A stretch of 64,000 nucleotides of DNA. Source: Isurus oxyrinchus (lineage: Eukaryota). The DNA lies in contig JANJGN010000038.1 in the NCBI GenBank assembly GCA_026770705.1, positions 5,704,001 to 5,768,000 of the forward strand, in the 5' to 3' direction. The notes under the pieces are model-generated. The model was not told the DNA's origin. It saw only the letters and a list, made by a program, of their open reading frames with translations, and made no database searches. This document shows, one piece after another, positions 23,269-36,404 of the stretch. Position numbers and translations under genes: made by a program. Numbering within the stretch: position 1 is the stretch's first letter; each line of letters starts with the position of its first letter.

Positions 23269-24065
23269 CGATCTTCTGCCTGTGTGTGTGTTTGTGTGTG
23301 TATTTTATCAGTGTGTGGGTGTGCGTTTACATGTGTGTTTGTGTGTTTTGATCGTGTGACTCAATTTGTTTTTGTGTGTATGCGTCCATGTGTTTGTGTG
23401 TGTGTGTGTTTGTGTGAATATGTGTGTGCGGGTTTGTGTATATGCCTGTGTGATTGTGTGTGTGTTTGCGTATGTGTGTGTGTGATCTTGTGTCTGGATG
23501 TGTGTGAGTGTGTGTTTCTCTTTATGATGTATGTGTGCTTCTGTGTGTCTCTGTCTGCCTGTCTGCTTGTGTGCTCGAATGTGTGTACCTCTGTTTTGCC
23601 TGTATGCGATCTCATGTATGCATGTGTGTGTGTGTGTGTGTGTGTGTGTCTGTAAGTGCATGTGTGTGTGCATGTCTGCTTCAATGTCTGTGGGTTTGTA
23701 TCTATCCAAATGTGTGTGTGTTTGTGTATGTGTGTGTGCGTGAATGTGTGTGTGTGTGAATGTGTGTGTGTGTGTGAATGTGTGTGTGTGTATGTCGATG
23801 TGTGTGCTTGTTTACATATGCTTTTGTGTGTGTGTGATGCCTCTGTGTCTGGGTGCGTGCTTTTGTCTGTCTGTGTCAATGTCAGTCTGTGTTTATGTGA
23901 TCGGGCAAGTGTGCATGATCCAGTGGGTGGGTGTGTGTGTCTATCTGCCTGCGTGTGTGCACGAATGTGTGTATGTCGGTGTATGCCTGTATGTATGCTC
24001 GTTTATGCATGTGTGAGTGTGTGTGTGCGCATGCCTATGTTTGTGTGTGTCTATCAGAGTGCGTT

Positions 24066-24101
<36 letters not shown>

Positions 24102-24742
24102 TGTGTGTGTGCGTCAATGTGTGTGCTTGTTTATGTATGTTTGTATGTTTGTGTGTGTGTCTGTGTATGTGCATGCATGCGTGTGTGCCTCTGTGTCTGT
24201 CTGTGTAATTTTGTCTGTCTGTGTCAATGCCAGTCTGTGTTTATCTGTTCGGGCATATGTGTATGATCCAGTGGATGTGTTAGTGTGTGTGCATCTGTCT
24301 GCCTGCATGTGTGCCTGAATGTGTGTATATCTGTGCATAACTGTATGCGTGTTCATATATGCATATGTTTGTGTGTCTGTAAGTGCGTCTGTGTGTGCAT
24401 GTCTGTGTCAAAGCCTGTGTGCATTTGTGTGTGTGTGTGGATGTTAGTGTGTGTGTGGGGATGTGTGTGCTTGTTTACGTATGTGTGTGTGTGCTTATAT
24501 GTGCATCTGTGCCTGTCCGTGTGCTTTTCTCTCACTGTGTTTATGTCAGCCTTTGTTTATGTGTTCGGGCATGATCCAATGTTGTGTGTGCGTGTTTGTG
24601 TGTGGATGTGTTTGCTTGTTTATGTATGTGCGTGTGTGTGTATGTGTGTGTGTGTGTCTGTCTGCATGTTTTTGTCTGCATGTGTGTATGTCTTCTGTGT
24701 TGATTTGTTCGAGCATGTGAGCATGATCCAGTGCACGCGGGA

Positions 24743-24775
<33 letters not shown>

Positions 24776-25530
24776 TGTTCATGTGGATGTGTGTGCTTGT
24801 TCATGTTTGTGTGTGTGTGCCTGCCTTTGTGTACGTGTTTGTATGCAATTTGGTTTCAGTGCATGTGTGTGTCTCTGTGTGTGTTTGTCTGTGAGAGACG
24901 GAGAGAGAGATCTGGTTTCAGATTGGGTGTGTGCCTTTGTTATGTGTGTGTGAGTCCGTTTGTGATCTTTTGCCAGGGTGTGTGTGACAGTGTCTTTGTC
25001 TGTGTGTGTGTATGTGTGGGTGTTTGGGTGTGTGTATGTGTGTATGTTTTACGTACTATTGTGTGTGCATTTTCCTATCACTGGTTGTGTATGCATGTGT
25101 TTGTATCTCTGTGTCGCTGTGTGCATTTGTCTGTGAGAGAGAGAAAGAGAGAGATCTGGTGTCAGATTGTGTGTGTGTCTTTGTTGTGTGTGTGTGAGTG
25201 TGCATGTGTGTAGGTAATCTTGTGCCAGGGTGTGTGTGAGCCTGTCTTTGTCTGTATGTGTATATGTGTGTGTGTGTATGTGTGTGCGTGTGTGTGTGTG
25301 TGTGTCTGTGTGTGCGTGTGATCTTGTGCCAGGGTGTGTGTCTGTCTGTCTTTGCCTGTGTGTATGTGTGCATGTGTGTGTTTATGTGTGTATTGTTATG
25401 TACTCGTGCACTTGCATTGTTTCTGTCAATGTGTGTGTGAGTATGTGTGCGTGCTTGTGTGTGTTTCTGTGTGTGCACGTGAGTCCGTGTGTGTGTGTGT
25501 GTTTATGAGCTTATGTCAGTGTGTGTGTGT
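21950..25530. repeat. ~3.5-kb imperfect (TG)n/(CA)n tract in the Cmu4-TM1 intron
   Basis: Near-continuous TG dinucleotides with internally duplicated sub-blocks (e.g. GCATGATCCAGTG, GAGAGATCTGGT). Confidence 0.95.
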
Positions 25531-26497
25531 ATTATGTTGTTGTATCTTGTATCACTGAACATCAATAACGTGGCCTGACAGTGAAGGTATGATCGATGGA
25601 GAACACAATTCGCCATTCTATGTATGAATGTGTTTTCTTTGGGGTTCAATGTGACATCAAGCGATAGAATGCAACAATTAAACAGAGGTTCCCCAGAAAC
25701 ATTAGAAACAGTACCGGAAAAACAGGAAGGATGGAAACAGCAGTTCAGATTTGGATTATGAAAAATCATTGGCAACTTGTGATTTACAAGAACAAGAGAT
25801 TGAAAATCATTTCAAAACATCACTTTGCCATGATTTGCCATGATATGTTTGCCATGATTGAAGATTACAACTGAGCGCAGGAAGCTAGAAGCCGCCTTGT
25901 ATCTGAACTCATATCATAGACAGCTGTTCACTTCTAAACCCTCTGTGACTGGGATTGGGAGGTTAGTGAGTTAATGTTCCCCTCTCCACTCTCTCTCGTT
26001 GGCTAAACAATTTCCACTCCGGTTATCTGTGTTGGGGATGTGCAGGTGCATTGAGTTAGCTAATGCCCTTCCCCATTTCTATGTTGGCTAAGTCTAGATA
26101 GATTTCACCTTCCCTTGTGACCCTCACTTCAGTTCCCAGTGGGTGCGATGTGGCAACATCCGGCTGGTAGAAGTTTGAATGGATGGACGAAAAGTGAAGC
26201 AGGAACAATGGGATCTAAATGCTGCCACTGTGTGTGCTAGTGGGAAATGGGAAATGGTCAGAATTCACCTCAGCGAGGGGCAAGTTGGTGAAGTAACTTT
26301 ACAGGATTCTGTAATGAATGAGCTTTATTCTGTCTCTAACCCAGGGTGTATCTGAGCTGGGGGCACGGATTGCACAAGACTCGGGTCTGAGACCTGTAAA
26401 TTCCCGACATCAACTAAACAGGCCTAACATTAGCAAAACTGGAAAAAAATAATTAATTAAGTGGCTGTGTATTTAATTCACAATTGGAGGAAGATCC

Positions 26498-26503
26498 TTT
26501 ATT
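26498..26503 (-). terminator. Poly(A) signal for secretory IgM mRNA
   Basis: AATAAA ~37 nt after the secretory-tail stop. Confidence 0.75.
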
Positions 26504-26539
26504 ATTTCTACTAAAGTTCGAAAAGTAAGTGATAGATTC

Positions 26540-26931
26540 TCATTGACATGAATTAACGGTGTCCATCAGTGCAAGGGAAATGTTCACAAAACTCGGTTTA
26601 CCGCTGGATTTATCAACCGTTCTGTTGATGAATTTCAAGGGAATGGCTTCATGTCCCACCACACAGGAGTAAGAAGCGCCGCTGGCCCACTCCTCCGCTG
26701 CAATGGATAACAGGCTGTACATGAAGAAGGAGTTATTGCCGTTCTCCGCCATCACCTCGGTGTTCTTGTAGTTCCCCGGATTCACCGGCTTGTCATTGAC
26801 GGTCCACTTGACGAAGATCTCTCGGGGGGAGAAACCTCTCACTAAGCAGCTGAGGGAAATGAATCTCTGAGCGGAGACATCTTCAGCCGGGGGCAGGAGG
26901 ACAGAGACGGACGGTTCCCGCGGATATTTAG
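26540..26931 (-). CDS. IGHM: IgM Cmu4 exon + secretory tailpiece
   Basis: (P)[13 protein letters not shown]...[18 protein letters not shown]...YSCVVGHEA, tail [20 protein letters not shown] (N-glycan sequon, penultimate Cys). Internal donor G|GTAAAC after 26602 for splicing to TM1. Confidence 0.96.
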
Positions 26932-27430
26932 CTGCAAAAAATTGACAATAAATGTCAAAAAAAAAACTGGAGAATTCCAGGGACAATGACACCAGTGGTT
27001 AGATGTGAGAGAAATGTGTTTTGTTTTGACTTTTCAAGATCTCCATTTTCCACTTTGGGGTCTGACCGGCTTTCTAGATCGGAGCAGATGTGGATGCAAT
27101 CATTCACTCTGAGAATATGCGGGATTGGACTGGAAAGTTTCATCAGTAACAGTAACAGGCCATTCGGCCGAACAGCTCTGTACTGGTGTCTGAACTCCAC
27201 ACCAAGCTCCTCCCACATTATATAATCAAACCCTGCAGCACAGTTTCTTGTTCATTCACCTAAATATGAATTTACTACTTAAATGCATCATTTACGGACC
27301 AAGGGGTTATAGTTAGTGAAATTGCCAATCAGACTTGCTCATTAGTACATTGTGCATTCATTATTGGTTCTTAAACTTACACTGGGAATTTGCACACTCT
27401 CTCACTTATTGATTCATTCTCACCACTCAC

Positions 27431-27736
27431 GTTCTTCCTTGTGGATGGAATTTCTTAAAGGAGTCGGCAGATCCTGATGGCTCACCACGCAGTAGAACTC
27501 AGCCCCACTCAGCCAGGCTTGTGTTGAGATGTTCAGGTGGCTTACCACGCTGTTAGGATCCTCTCCCGGCTGGACAGCAATCTCTGATTTCAAAGGCTTC
27601 TGTTCTTGTGTCCAGGACACGAGGACTCCATAAGGGGCATTACTCACGATACAGGTTAAGGTCACTGTCGCCTCCAGTAAGACCTGTGCTATTGGCGGCG
27701 GCTGTAGAGTAATTACGGGGTCGTTGCAGTCGGAAA
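27431..27736 (-). CDS. IGHM: IgM Cmu3 exon
   Basis: 306 nt, phase 1/1, CAG/GTGAGT; [14 protein letters not shown]...TLTCIVS...W...[13 protein letters not shown]. Confidence 0.95.
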
Positions 27737-28889
27737 CTGTGAAGCAGAAATGAATGTCAACCAAAACATCATCTTCAGAATCAGAAATCCGGTATTCAGC
27801 TTTCACTCTCACGACAGGAATATTTACCTGATCTCCCCCTGCCCTGTTAACGCCTTCATTGTTTGAAGGTCAATGACTTGCAATAATTCCGGGAGAGTCC
27901 ATAACATTCCCTGTGTATTTCCAGCCAGAACCAGTGGGAATGACTAAACCAAATGCCGGTCCAACAATGTGAATAAATTCAGGTACAATCATCTTACAGA
28001 CAGAATATCACTCGTCCCGAAATCAAGGAATCAGAGAATGATAGAATGCAAACAGCACAGGAGGAGACCATTCAGCTCTCTATGTCTCTCTGTAAGAATA
28101 ATGTGTGCCTTAACCCCATTTATCCTCCCCGTTCTGTCATGTGCGATAACATTTTCAAAAAAAAAAAGTTAATCCCTTTTTTTGAAATGTCAATTGATTC
28201 TCAGCCTCAGAAATTCTTGGGGAAAATGAAAGTGATAATATTTCACAGTGTGAGGAAAATGTTGCCAAAATCGGCTTCCTCACTATTTTCCTATCTCTAA
28301 TTTGGAGGACTAAGCATTTTCTCCCCACTTTATTAATTAACCGAAACACCGCAATTCGATCACTCATTAGACTTTCGTACTCAAAGAAATGCAGCCGAGA
28401 CTATGCAAACTGCTGTCAGCGCTGCTCAGTCTGAAAACAGCAGCAGAAATAAGGTGCACATCATTGTCAGAATTGAAGTCGTGGGCAATTACCAGTAAAG
28501 GCCTGCAGACACCGATTCTACCCACAATCAATTTCGGATAAAACTAAAACCATTGACTCCCCACTCACTGTCCAACTTTTGAACAAAATGTCACCGTGTT
28601 TTGTGAGCTAATGGAATCCTGAACAACGGGGCATTCTGATTCAGAAAGAACATGGGTTCAATCCCCACTCCAGATGTTTGAACACAAGTGTAGTTGATAC
28701 CAGCAATGTAGTACTGGGTGAGTATTGTATTGTGGGAGGTAACGACTTCAACATCAACTGTTAAGGCCCAGGAATGCCTGCTTTGTCAGTGTGACGTCAC
28801 CTTTCTCCAAATTCTCCCAAGTTTTGCATCCTCCACAATCCTTTAAATTGCCCCCTGCAAACCAAGATCTACATCATTTATATATATAA

Positions 28890-30860
28890 ATATTTATCCA
28901 GTTAGCTATTGTCCCTTTAAGTCCATCATCTATAACTTTCCTCACAGGTCTGTTGTGTGGCATTGTGTCGAAAGCCTTTTGGAAATCCAAATAGACCATA
29001 TCAACGGCCTTGCCCTCATTAACCATCTCTGTTACCTCTTGAATAAACTCCAGCAAGTTAGTTATACAGGATTTTCCTTTAATAAATCCATGATGACTAT
29101 TCCTAATCAATCTACATTATCCCACATGATATTAATTCCATCCAGAATAATTGTTTCTAGAAGTTTCCCCACCACCGAAGTTAAACTGAATCGTCTGTAA
29201 TTGCAGGGAAGACCTTTACAAACGTTTTTGAACAAGGGCGTAATATTTGCAATTCTCCAGTCCTTTAACACCTCGTCCAAATGCAGGGGACGCTGAAAGA
29301 TTATTGTCAGTGCCTCTGCAATTCCACTCTCACTTCCTTCAATACTCTTAGACGAATATCACCCTGTCCCGGAGACTTATCCACTTTAAGAGCCGACAGC
29401 TGATGCAATACCTCATCCTTAGCAATTTCAAACCCTTCTAGTGACTGAGTTTCCTCCTCTGTCACCATAACCTGGGCAGCATCTACCTCGTAGGTAAAGA
29501 CAGCTGCAAAGTATTCATTTAACACCTCAGCCATGCCTCTTGCCGCTATGTGTAAATCCCCTTTTTGATCCCTAATCGGTCTATTCCTCCTTTTACAACC
29601 TTTTTACGATTGATATGCTTATAGAATACCTTGGAATTTCCTTTTATGTTAGCTGTCAGTATTTTTTTCATAATCCCTCTTTGATTCTCGTATTTGCTTT
29701 TACACATCCTTTCTGAAACTTCTGAATTAAGCTTGGTTCTCAAATGTATTTGCTACCAGACACCTGTTGTAAGACATTTTTTCTTCCTTAACTTAATTTC
29801 TATCTCCTTTGCCATCCAGGGAGCTCTGGACTTGTTTCTCCTGCCCTTCTCTTTTGAGGGAACATACTTAGACTGTGCCAAAACCATCTTCTCTTTGAAG
29901 TTAGCCCAATGTTCAGCTACTGTTTTTCCCACCAACCTTTGGTTCCAGTCTATCAGGCCCAGCCCCATTCTTGCCCCATTGAAGTCTGCTCTCTGCCAGT
30001 TGGCTGCTCTTACCCTGGATTGATCAATGTCATTTTCCACCGTCATCCTAAACCTGATGATACAATGATCACTGTCCCCTAAATGCTCCCCTCCTATCAG
30101 TTTCTTTACTTGGCCCACCTCATTCCCAAGAACCAGGTCTAGCAGTGCCTCCTTTCTCCTTGCACTGGACACACACTGCTGTCGGAAATTCTCCAGAATA
30201 TGATCTAGGAATGCTGCTCCCTCACTGCCCCTTACAGTACTACTATCCCAGTATGTATTCGGGTAATGTACCCTTCCCCCTCCGTTATGACTACTCGATG
30301 ATATTTACAACTCTCTGTTATTTACTTGCTCCTCTCCATCTTCCCACTAGCTATTGCGGTCTATACATTACACCCAGCAATGTAATTGCACCATTCTTAT
30401 TCCTTTGCTCCAGCCAAATTGGTTCTGTCCTTGAATCGCCTGACACATTATTTTTCGCCAGTACTGAAATACTCTCCTTAAACAAAAACGCCACCACGAC
30501 CCCGCCTCCAGTTTGTGTCCTTTCCTGTCTTTTATGAACATCTTGTAACTAGAACTAATTATCACCCAATTCTGTCCTTCCTTAAATTAGGTCTCCGTTA
30601 TCACCCTATCATAATAATCCCAAAAGGCAATCTGTGCCTGTAACTCCCAAATTTTATTAACTATTTTCCATGCATGCACATACATGCAGTGCAACGCTAA
30701 TTTAGAATTCATTGCTTGCTCCCTTATCCTGACTCCGCCTATTAACTGACTATTCCCTCTTTTAGAGTTAGCTGCCTCTCCCAGAATCCATGCTATTACA
30801 TGCTGAAATTCTCTCGTTGTTCCCACGCTCCTCCTGAGTTAGTTTAACTCTCCCCAACAG
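28890..30860 (-). mobile_element. Degraded CR1-type LINE ORF2 (endonuclease to RT N-terminus) in the Cmu2-Cmu3 intron
   Basis: Broken frames: LLDLVL...HLGDSDHCII (APE), MAEVLNEYFAAVFT...KSPG, HGFIKGKSCITNLLEF...YLDFQKAFD (RT). Confidence 0.88.
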
Positions 30861-31344
30861 CAAATCCAATAATGTTCTTTAGTTCTAGAAGCCAAATATT
30901 GCTGGAAATTTGAAATAAAAATGAAAAGAAAACGTTCGAAATGCTGAGCTAAAGTGCGTCTATTTCCTGGACAACATGTGTACCTGAACAAACAGAATGA
31001 AATCAAAAAATAAATAAATAAATCCTGTCAGCATCATGTCCCAGGGTCTTGGTGACTGTTGTGCAGCAAATCGCTGCTGAATATTCTACTTTACCACAAT
31101 GAGCACATTTCCACGGTCATTCATTGGCTGCTAAGTGTTTTGGGAGAATCTGATGCTGGGGAGGGCGCTTTATAAATGAAAGGATTTCTTTAGTGTGTTC
31201 TTGTTTCCTTTGGAAGGAAACACAAATGGGCAAGTTGGCAAATGGGACACAATCTCTGACGTTTAATCATTCCAAAATATTTCTTGGCTTGGAAGAGATT
31301 GACACCAAGAATGGCCTTGAACTTCCTCCGGTTGTGTCTCTTAC

Positions 31345-31656
31345 CCTCAGGTTTGGTGATGTTTCGGCTTTGGGTGACCCTTTTATGAGTGACCTGGCAG
31401 GTATAGAGCGTGTGACTGAACCAGTCCCCAGCGGGGACTGTCAACCGACTGGTCGCCGAGAAGTTCCTGTTCACTTCAAAGCCGGGAGAGGTGACGAAGC
31501 CCGAGGCCATGGCCTGTCCATTCTTCAGCCATTTCACCTTGATTGAATTTGGACGGAAATCAATGATTGAACAGACGATGGTTGCAAATCTGCTGCTTGT
31601 GATTTCTTCACTGGGGCTCACGGTGAGCAGAACAGTCGGATGATGCACCACAATAA
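31345..31656 (-). CDS. IGHM: IgM Cmu2 exon
   Basis: 312 nt, phase 1/1, CAG/GTAAG; HPTVLLT...[11 protein letters not shown]...WLKNG...YTCQVTH. Confidence 0.95.
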
Positions 31657-32564
31657 CTGCAAGAAAATATATATTATTTGGAATTAAAATTGCTTCAAAC
31701 CAAACAATTAAAAACTGTAAATCTAATTACATAAAATCCACAGGACAGATCCAGGCCAACCGGCCCCATAGTACAATGCTGGAGTTTAGGATCCACAGGA
31801 ACATCCTCTCGCCCTATTTCACCTCTCAGCAGAAAAAAAAACCTCCCTTACAATCTCCCTCATGTATCTATTAAGATTCCCCTGAACAGAGTTTCGGTAA
31901 CATCTCACCTACAGGAATTCCCACATTCTGCTCACTCTTTGTGTAAAGATTCAGAATAGCCAATCGTTTCTTTTTAACATTCTGTTGTAAACATGAGCTC
32001 TAATTCTTGTCTAATGTATCAAATTATTTCAGAAGTCTGAGGACCTTTATTTGGTCACACCACAATTTTTTATTTTGTAGAGAATTGACCACCAACCTGT
32101 TCGCAGTTACATGACAGAAGTAATCTATCAGCTCTGGTAATGTCCTTGTAAATAGTTTAGCTCCGATTGCAACGCCCCTGTAGCATTTTCCTTACATGGA
32201 AACCAGAACTACATATGGTATATTCGATATTATTTGGAGGGAATAACTGCACACAATACACCTATTATGATGTGGAGGCCCTAATTATACACAGTACACT
32301 ACATTTTGATGTGGAAGAAAAAACTGTCTACAGTACAATAACTGTGATGCAGAGATCACAGCTGTACATATCACACTAAGTGTGATGTGGAGAATACAGG
32401 TATCCACAATGCACTAAGTGTGATATGGGCACCTGAACTATACACAATATTCTCAATCCATTCTAACCCATGTGATGCAGAATTTGAACATAACTCATTT
32501 GCTGACCACGTTGACCGTTCACCCAGCCCCGCCACTGCCGCCCTGTGCATCCCACAACACGAAC

Positions 32565-32864
32565 CTGGCATTTCCTTCTGCCAGACCGAGTTGCTCCTTC
32601 GAACCTCGCAGTAGATTGTGCTGCTTCCCACCTCTGATTCGGTGATGGTTAACTGGCTGCTCAGGGTGTGGGTTCCCTTCTTGTTCAGCACTGATGGGTA
32701 GGTCTTCAATCCAGCTGTGATCGTCTCTTGATCTTTCTTCCAGGAAACGCTGGTGATTTCGGGGGAGTAGTCCGCAGCCAAACAGCCGTAGGTGATGGAG
32801 CCGGCAGTGTTTGCTTGTTCACAGGAGGAGAGCAGAGCGTAGAGGGTGGGGGGAGACGGTGTCA
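32565..32864 (-). CDS. IGHM: IgM Cmu1 exon
   Basis: 300 nt, phase 1/1; [16 protein letters not shown] (candidate L-chain Cys)...YGCLAADY...WKKD...[10 protein letters not shown]...IYCEV. Confidence 0.95.
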
Positions 32865-33649
32865 CTGCGAATTAAGAGTCAGTTGAACAACTTAAAAATG
32901 TGATTCGTGATTATGAAATAAGCAAATTGTTCGAAGTTTAATATTGATATAATTAATTTCCAAAATATCCTGGTAATAAATTGCATTTAGGAGTTGATAT
33001 GCCCGACAGGACACGCTGCCATGATGGCCAGTCTTGTACACAAGATGTTGCACAAGTCGGAAAAGGGAAATACTTTACATGAGGCCACATAATTGCGAGT
33101 TAAATACGGGATATTGTAACCTGGGCTTCCTCCAGCCCTTGCTCCTCTGTTGAAGAAAACATCAATCATTCCTCAAACACTTTCACTTTACACGCTTCCA
33201 CATTATTTTCAATGAGCTCTCGCTTAAAGTATTTTACTATCAACCTCTTATCACCAGCAAATGACTATTGTAATACAGAAACAGTTAGCTATCTCTGGGC
33301 CAGGATGGCCGATTATCTTCCAGGAAGGACATCAGTGAGCCAGAGGGGTTTTTACACAAATCTATTCTAGTTTCATGATCAACACGTTGTCGTTTTCAGA
33401 GGATAAACTTGGATGATGCTTGGCAGCATTTGCTCTAAAGATTATGTAACTCCAACGGGTGGATCGACTAGTTTCATTACTTACAGGCAATTTTTTAGCA
33501 CTTTTATAAAGCATGACCCAGAATTGTTCAATGAGACTATTTGATAGCATGGATCGTTAGCTTTCGGTCTATCACAATTCTGAATTAACTCTCCAAATTT
33601 GCCAATGCACAATGATGTTTACAAATAATCAATTATTATCAGCTATCTT

Positions 33650-33723
33650 GGTTAGATAAACAGATAGATAGATAGATAGAGAGTTAAAGAGATCGGTAGA
33701 TAGATAAATAGACAAATATATAT

Positions 33724-33769
<46 letters not shown>

Positions 33770-33820
33770 CGATAGAGATAGAGATAGAAAGAGAGAGACA
33801 GGCAGATAAACAGATGGTTG

Positions 33821-33854
<34 letters not shown>

Positions 33855-33985
33855 TAGAAAGAGATAGAGATAGAGAGTGATAGAAGATAGAGAGAGAGAG
33901 AGATAGACAGATAGACATGATAGGCAGGTAGACAGATATGTAGAAAGACAGATCGATCGATAGATAGATAGATAGACCATTCAAT
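33650..33985. repeat. (GATA)n/(GA)n microsatellite in the J-C intron
   Basis: Direct GATA and GA runs. Confidence 0.95.
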
Positions 33986-36208
33986 ATATCGATCTTTGCA
34001 TCGTTGGATGAAAAATGGATGCATGAATAGATACATGTCCAGAAAAAGGTGTTTCATCTCCACCACATAATCAAATGTTTACAGTTCACAGACTGTACTG
34101 ATTAGATACAAGATAGAAGAACATTGAAGTTCCACATAAAACCCACAGCCCTAGTAAAGCCCTTGGAACAAGAGTAAAACTGCCTCTCTGATAGTTCATC
34201 AAATGTCCTTCGGGCAGTTGGAATCAGGTTGTGCATTGAGTTAAGTTAAACTCATATTTTTCCAGCTTTCCTTCCCACCGTAGTTTGTATGAGACACGGG
34301 GTAAGGCACCATAATGTCCATTTAAGTTGCTCAATTTATTTTCAGATTCGATCATATCGCAGAAGGTAACGTTACCGTCACTTCCTGTAACTGTCCTGAA
34401 ATTGAGCTTTAGATCAGGCCAATCTGATTCAAATATTATCTCATATTGAAAATGTTTAATCATCAAGCCTTCATCACAAACTTAGCTTTTTTTTAAGAAT
34501 GAAATGTACGTTAAATTAACGATCTGCTACTTCATTGGAGGAATTTAAGCATTTACTTTTACATATCTAATTCGGAGCAATTAATATGTTTGATAGTGGT
34601 TAAAGTTCCTTGACCATTGACAATGCCAACACTCTCATGTCAGATACAGAACAAGTGAATTATACTAAAAGTCTCTTTGCACAGTCCTGTGAAGCGCTGT
34701 ATTTCAGGAACAGTAATGGTGGGATGCATTCTAAAACGCCCTCTATTCCGCATTGTTAGTTAAAACTTGTGCTTAGACTGGACCATCAACAAACCACCGG
34801 CTCTGATACAGCAAACATTGAACAGAAAAATATCTTTCTACATTTTGCTTTCCTTCTGAATTCCACAAACTGGAATACTGATCTGATTTCTGAGGCACCT
34901 TCTCAAACTTTAGAACAGATTTGCACCTTTCTCGGATATACAAACTTCTTAAATAAATGGTTCGAAATGAATTCCCTGAATTACAGGACAATGAACCAGA
35001 AAGTTCACAAACAGCCAGAAGGCTCCCGATTCCCACACAGTGACCACACACATAGAAACAGAACAGACATTAACGATGCAAAAATCAGTCTATTAAAGAT
35101 AGATTTCTCCAGTATCCATTAATCCGTTTGAATAGATTAAAACGTTTGTAAATTTATGACCACGTCACTTCTGTGAAATTATTCTGATTCTAAATGGAAA
35201 AATTCCCTTTGATGGGCCTTAATTTCTCCCTGTCTGTGTGCAGTTTTCACAACAGCCTTAGAGTTAGTTTGGCTGAGAACAGGTTCATCAAAATAATTTA
35301 CATTCATGGTAATTTATGTCTCTAACAGGGACATTGTAACAGAGCAAGAATTTAACAAATTGGGAGATATTTACACTGTACTCCTATTATTCACTGACTT
35401 ACTTTCAGATTAATATATAATCATTGAAACTGCTGAGGCAAAACACGAAGATAATTAATTAAATTGTACAGCAACATCCAATGGAGCTGAAGACAGTTGA
35501 CTAAGAAACATGTTGCTTTCCAAGTTAATTGAAAATAATTTAAAAAATTCTCCACCATGAGTTTTAACTTTAATCCTGGACTCAGCGCAGCACATTTGAG
35601 AGATTTTTTTGTAATGAATTCGTACTGAACTTAGACTCTATTTTCATATTGGTGAGATTTAACACCATTATGCCAAATTTGTTAATAATTTTATTCTCCT
35701 TCTGATTTGTCTCTTGTTAATAATAGGCTTATTTAAATTAAGGTGACACTTCTTAAATTAAATAAATAATTCCATACACTTTCAGACAAATACATTATAT
35801 TACTTTTAATAAATTAAGATGACCAAAAATTATAAGAAGGTGGTCCTATACCTACACTCTGGTAAAGTTTTCATGTTTGTGATTATGTTGGCACGACATA
35901 AAAGCTCTTCTGTTCTAAACGTGTATTTCACATGATAGATTTATAAGTAGGCAGCTTAAAATTGTTCAAACACTATTCGGGTACTCATATCGGTAATAAA
36001 AAATGGAGTGCATCATCCTCAAGTCACTGAAGCAGGACTCTGGAGTTTAAATATCATCCCACATTTCAACAGCAGTTTTATTTTTAATAATTAATGTGTC
36101 CCTGCAAGTTTGTAGCCATTATCGGAGCCTCCCCTAGATAATAATACAGCCAAGCTTTGATATACCATTCCCGTAATCTACACGTAAATGAGTTTCAAAT
36201 ATATAATG

Positions 36209-36404
36209 AAAATAAAATGCGGCGGATGTTGGAAATCTGATATAAAAACGGAAAATGCTGGCAAAACTCAGCACGTCTGGCAGCATCAGTGGAGAGAGAA
36301 ACAGACTTAGCATTTCGAATCGGTAGGACTCTTCTTCAGATCTCTGCTTCTCCATGGACAGATGCTGCCAGTCATGCTGAGGTTTTATTCAGCATTTTCT
36401 GTTT
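36209..36404. mobile_element. Older Penelope-derived mini foldback element in the J-C intron
   Basis: Antisense tail + hammerhead (CTGAAGA...GAAATGC) followed by an inverted 3' end; 12-bp TSD AAATATATAATG at 36197-36208 and 36405-36416. Confidence 0.8.

Noticed and set aside
22465-25558. Many Cys/Val- and His/Thr-rich ORFs
   Set aside because: Translations of the (TG)n tract.
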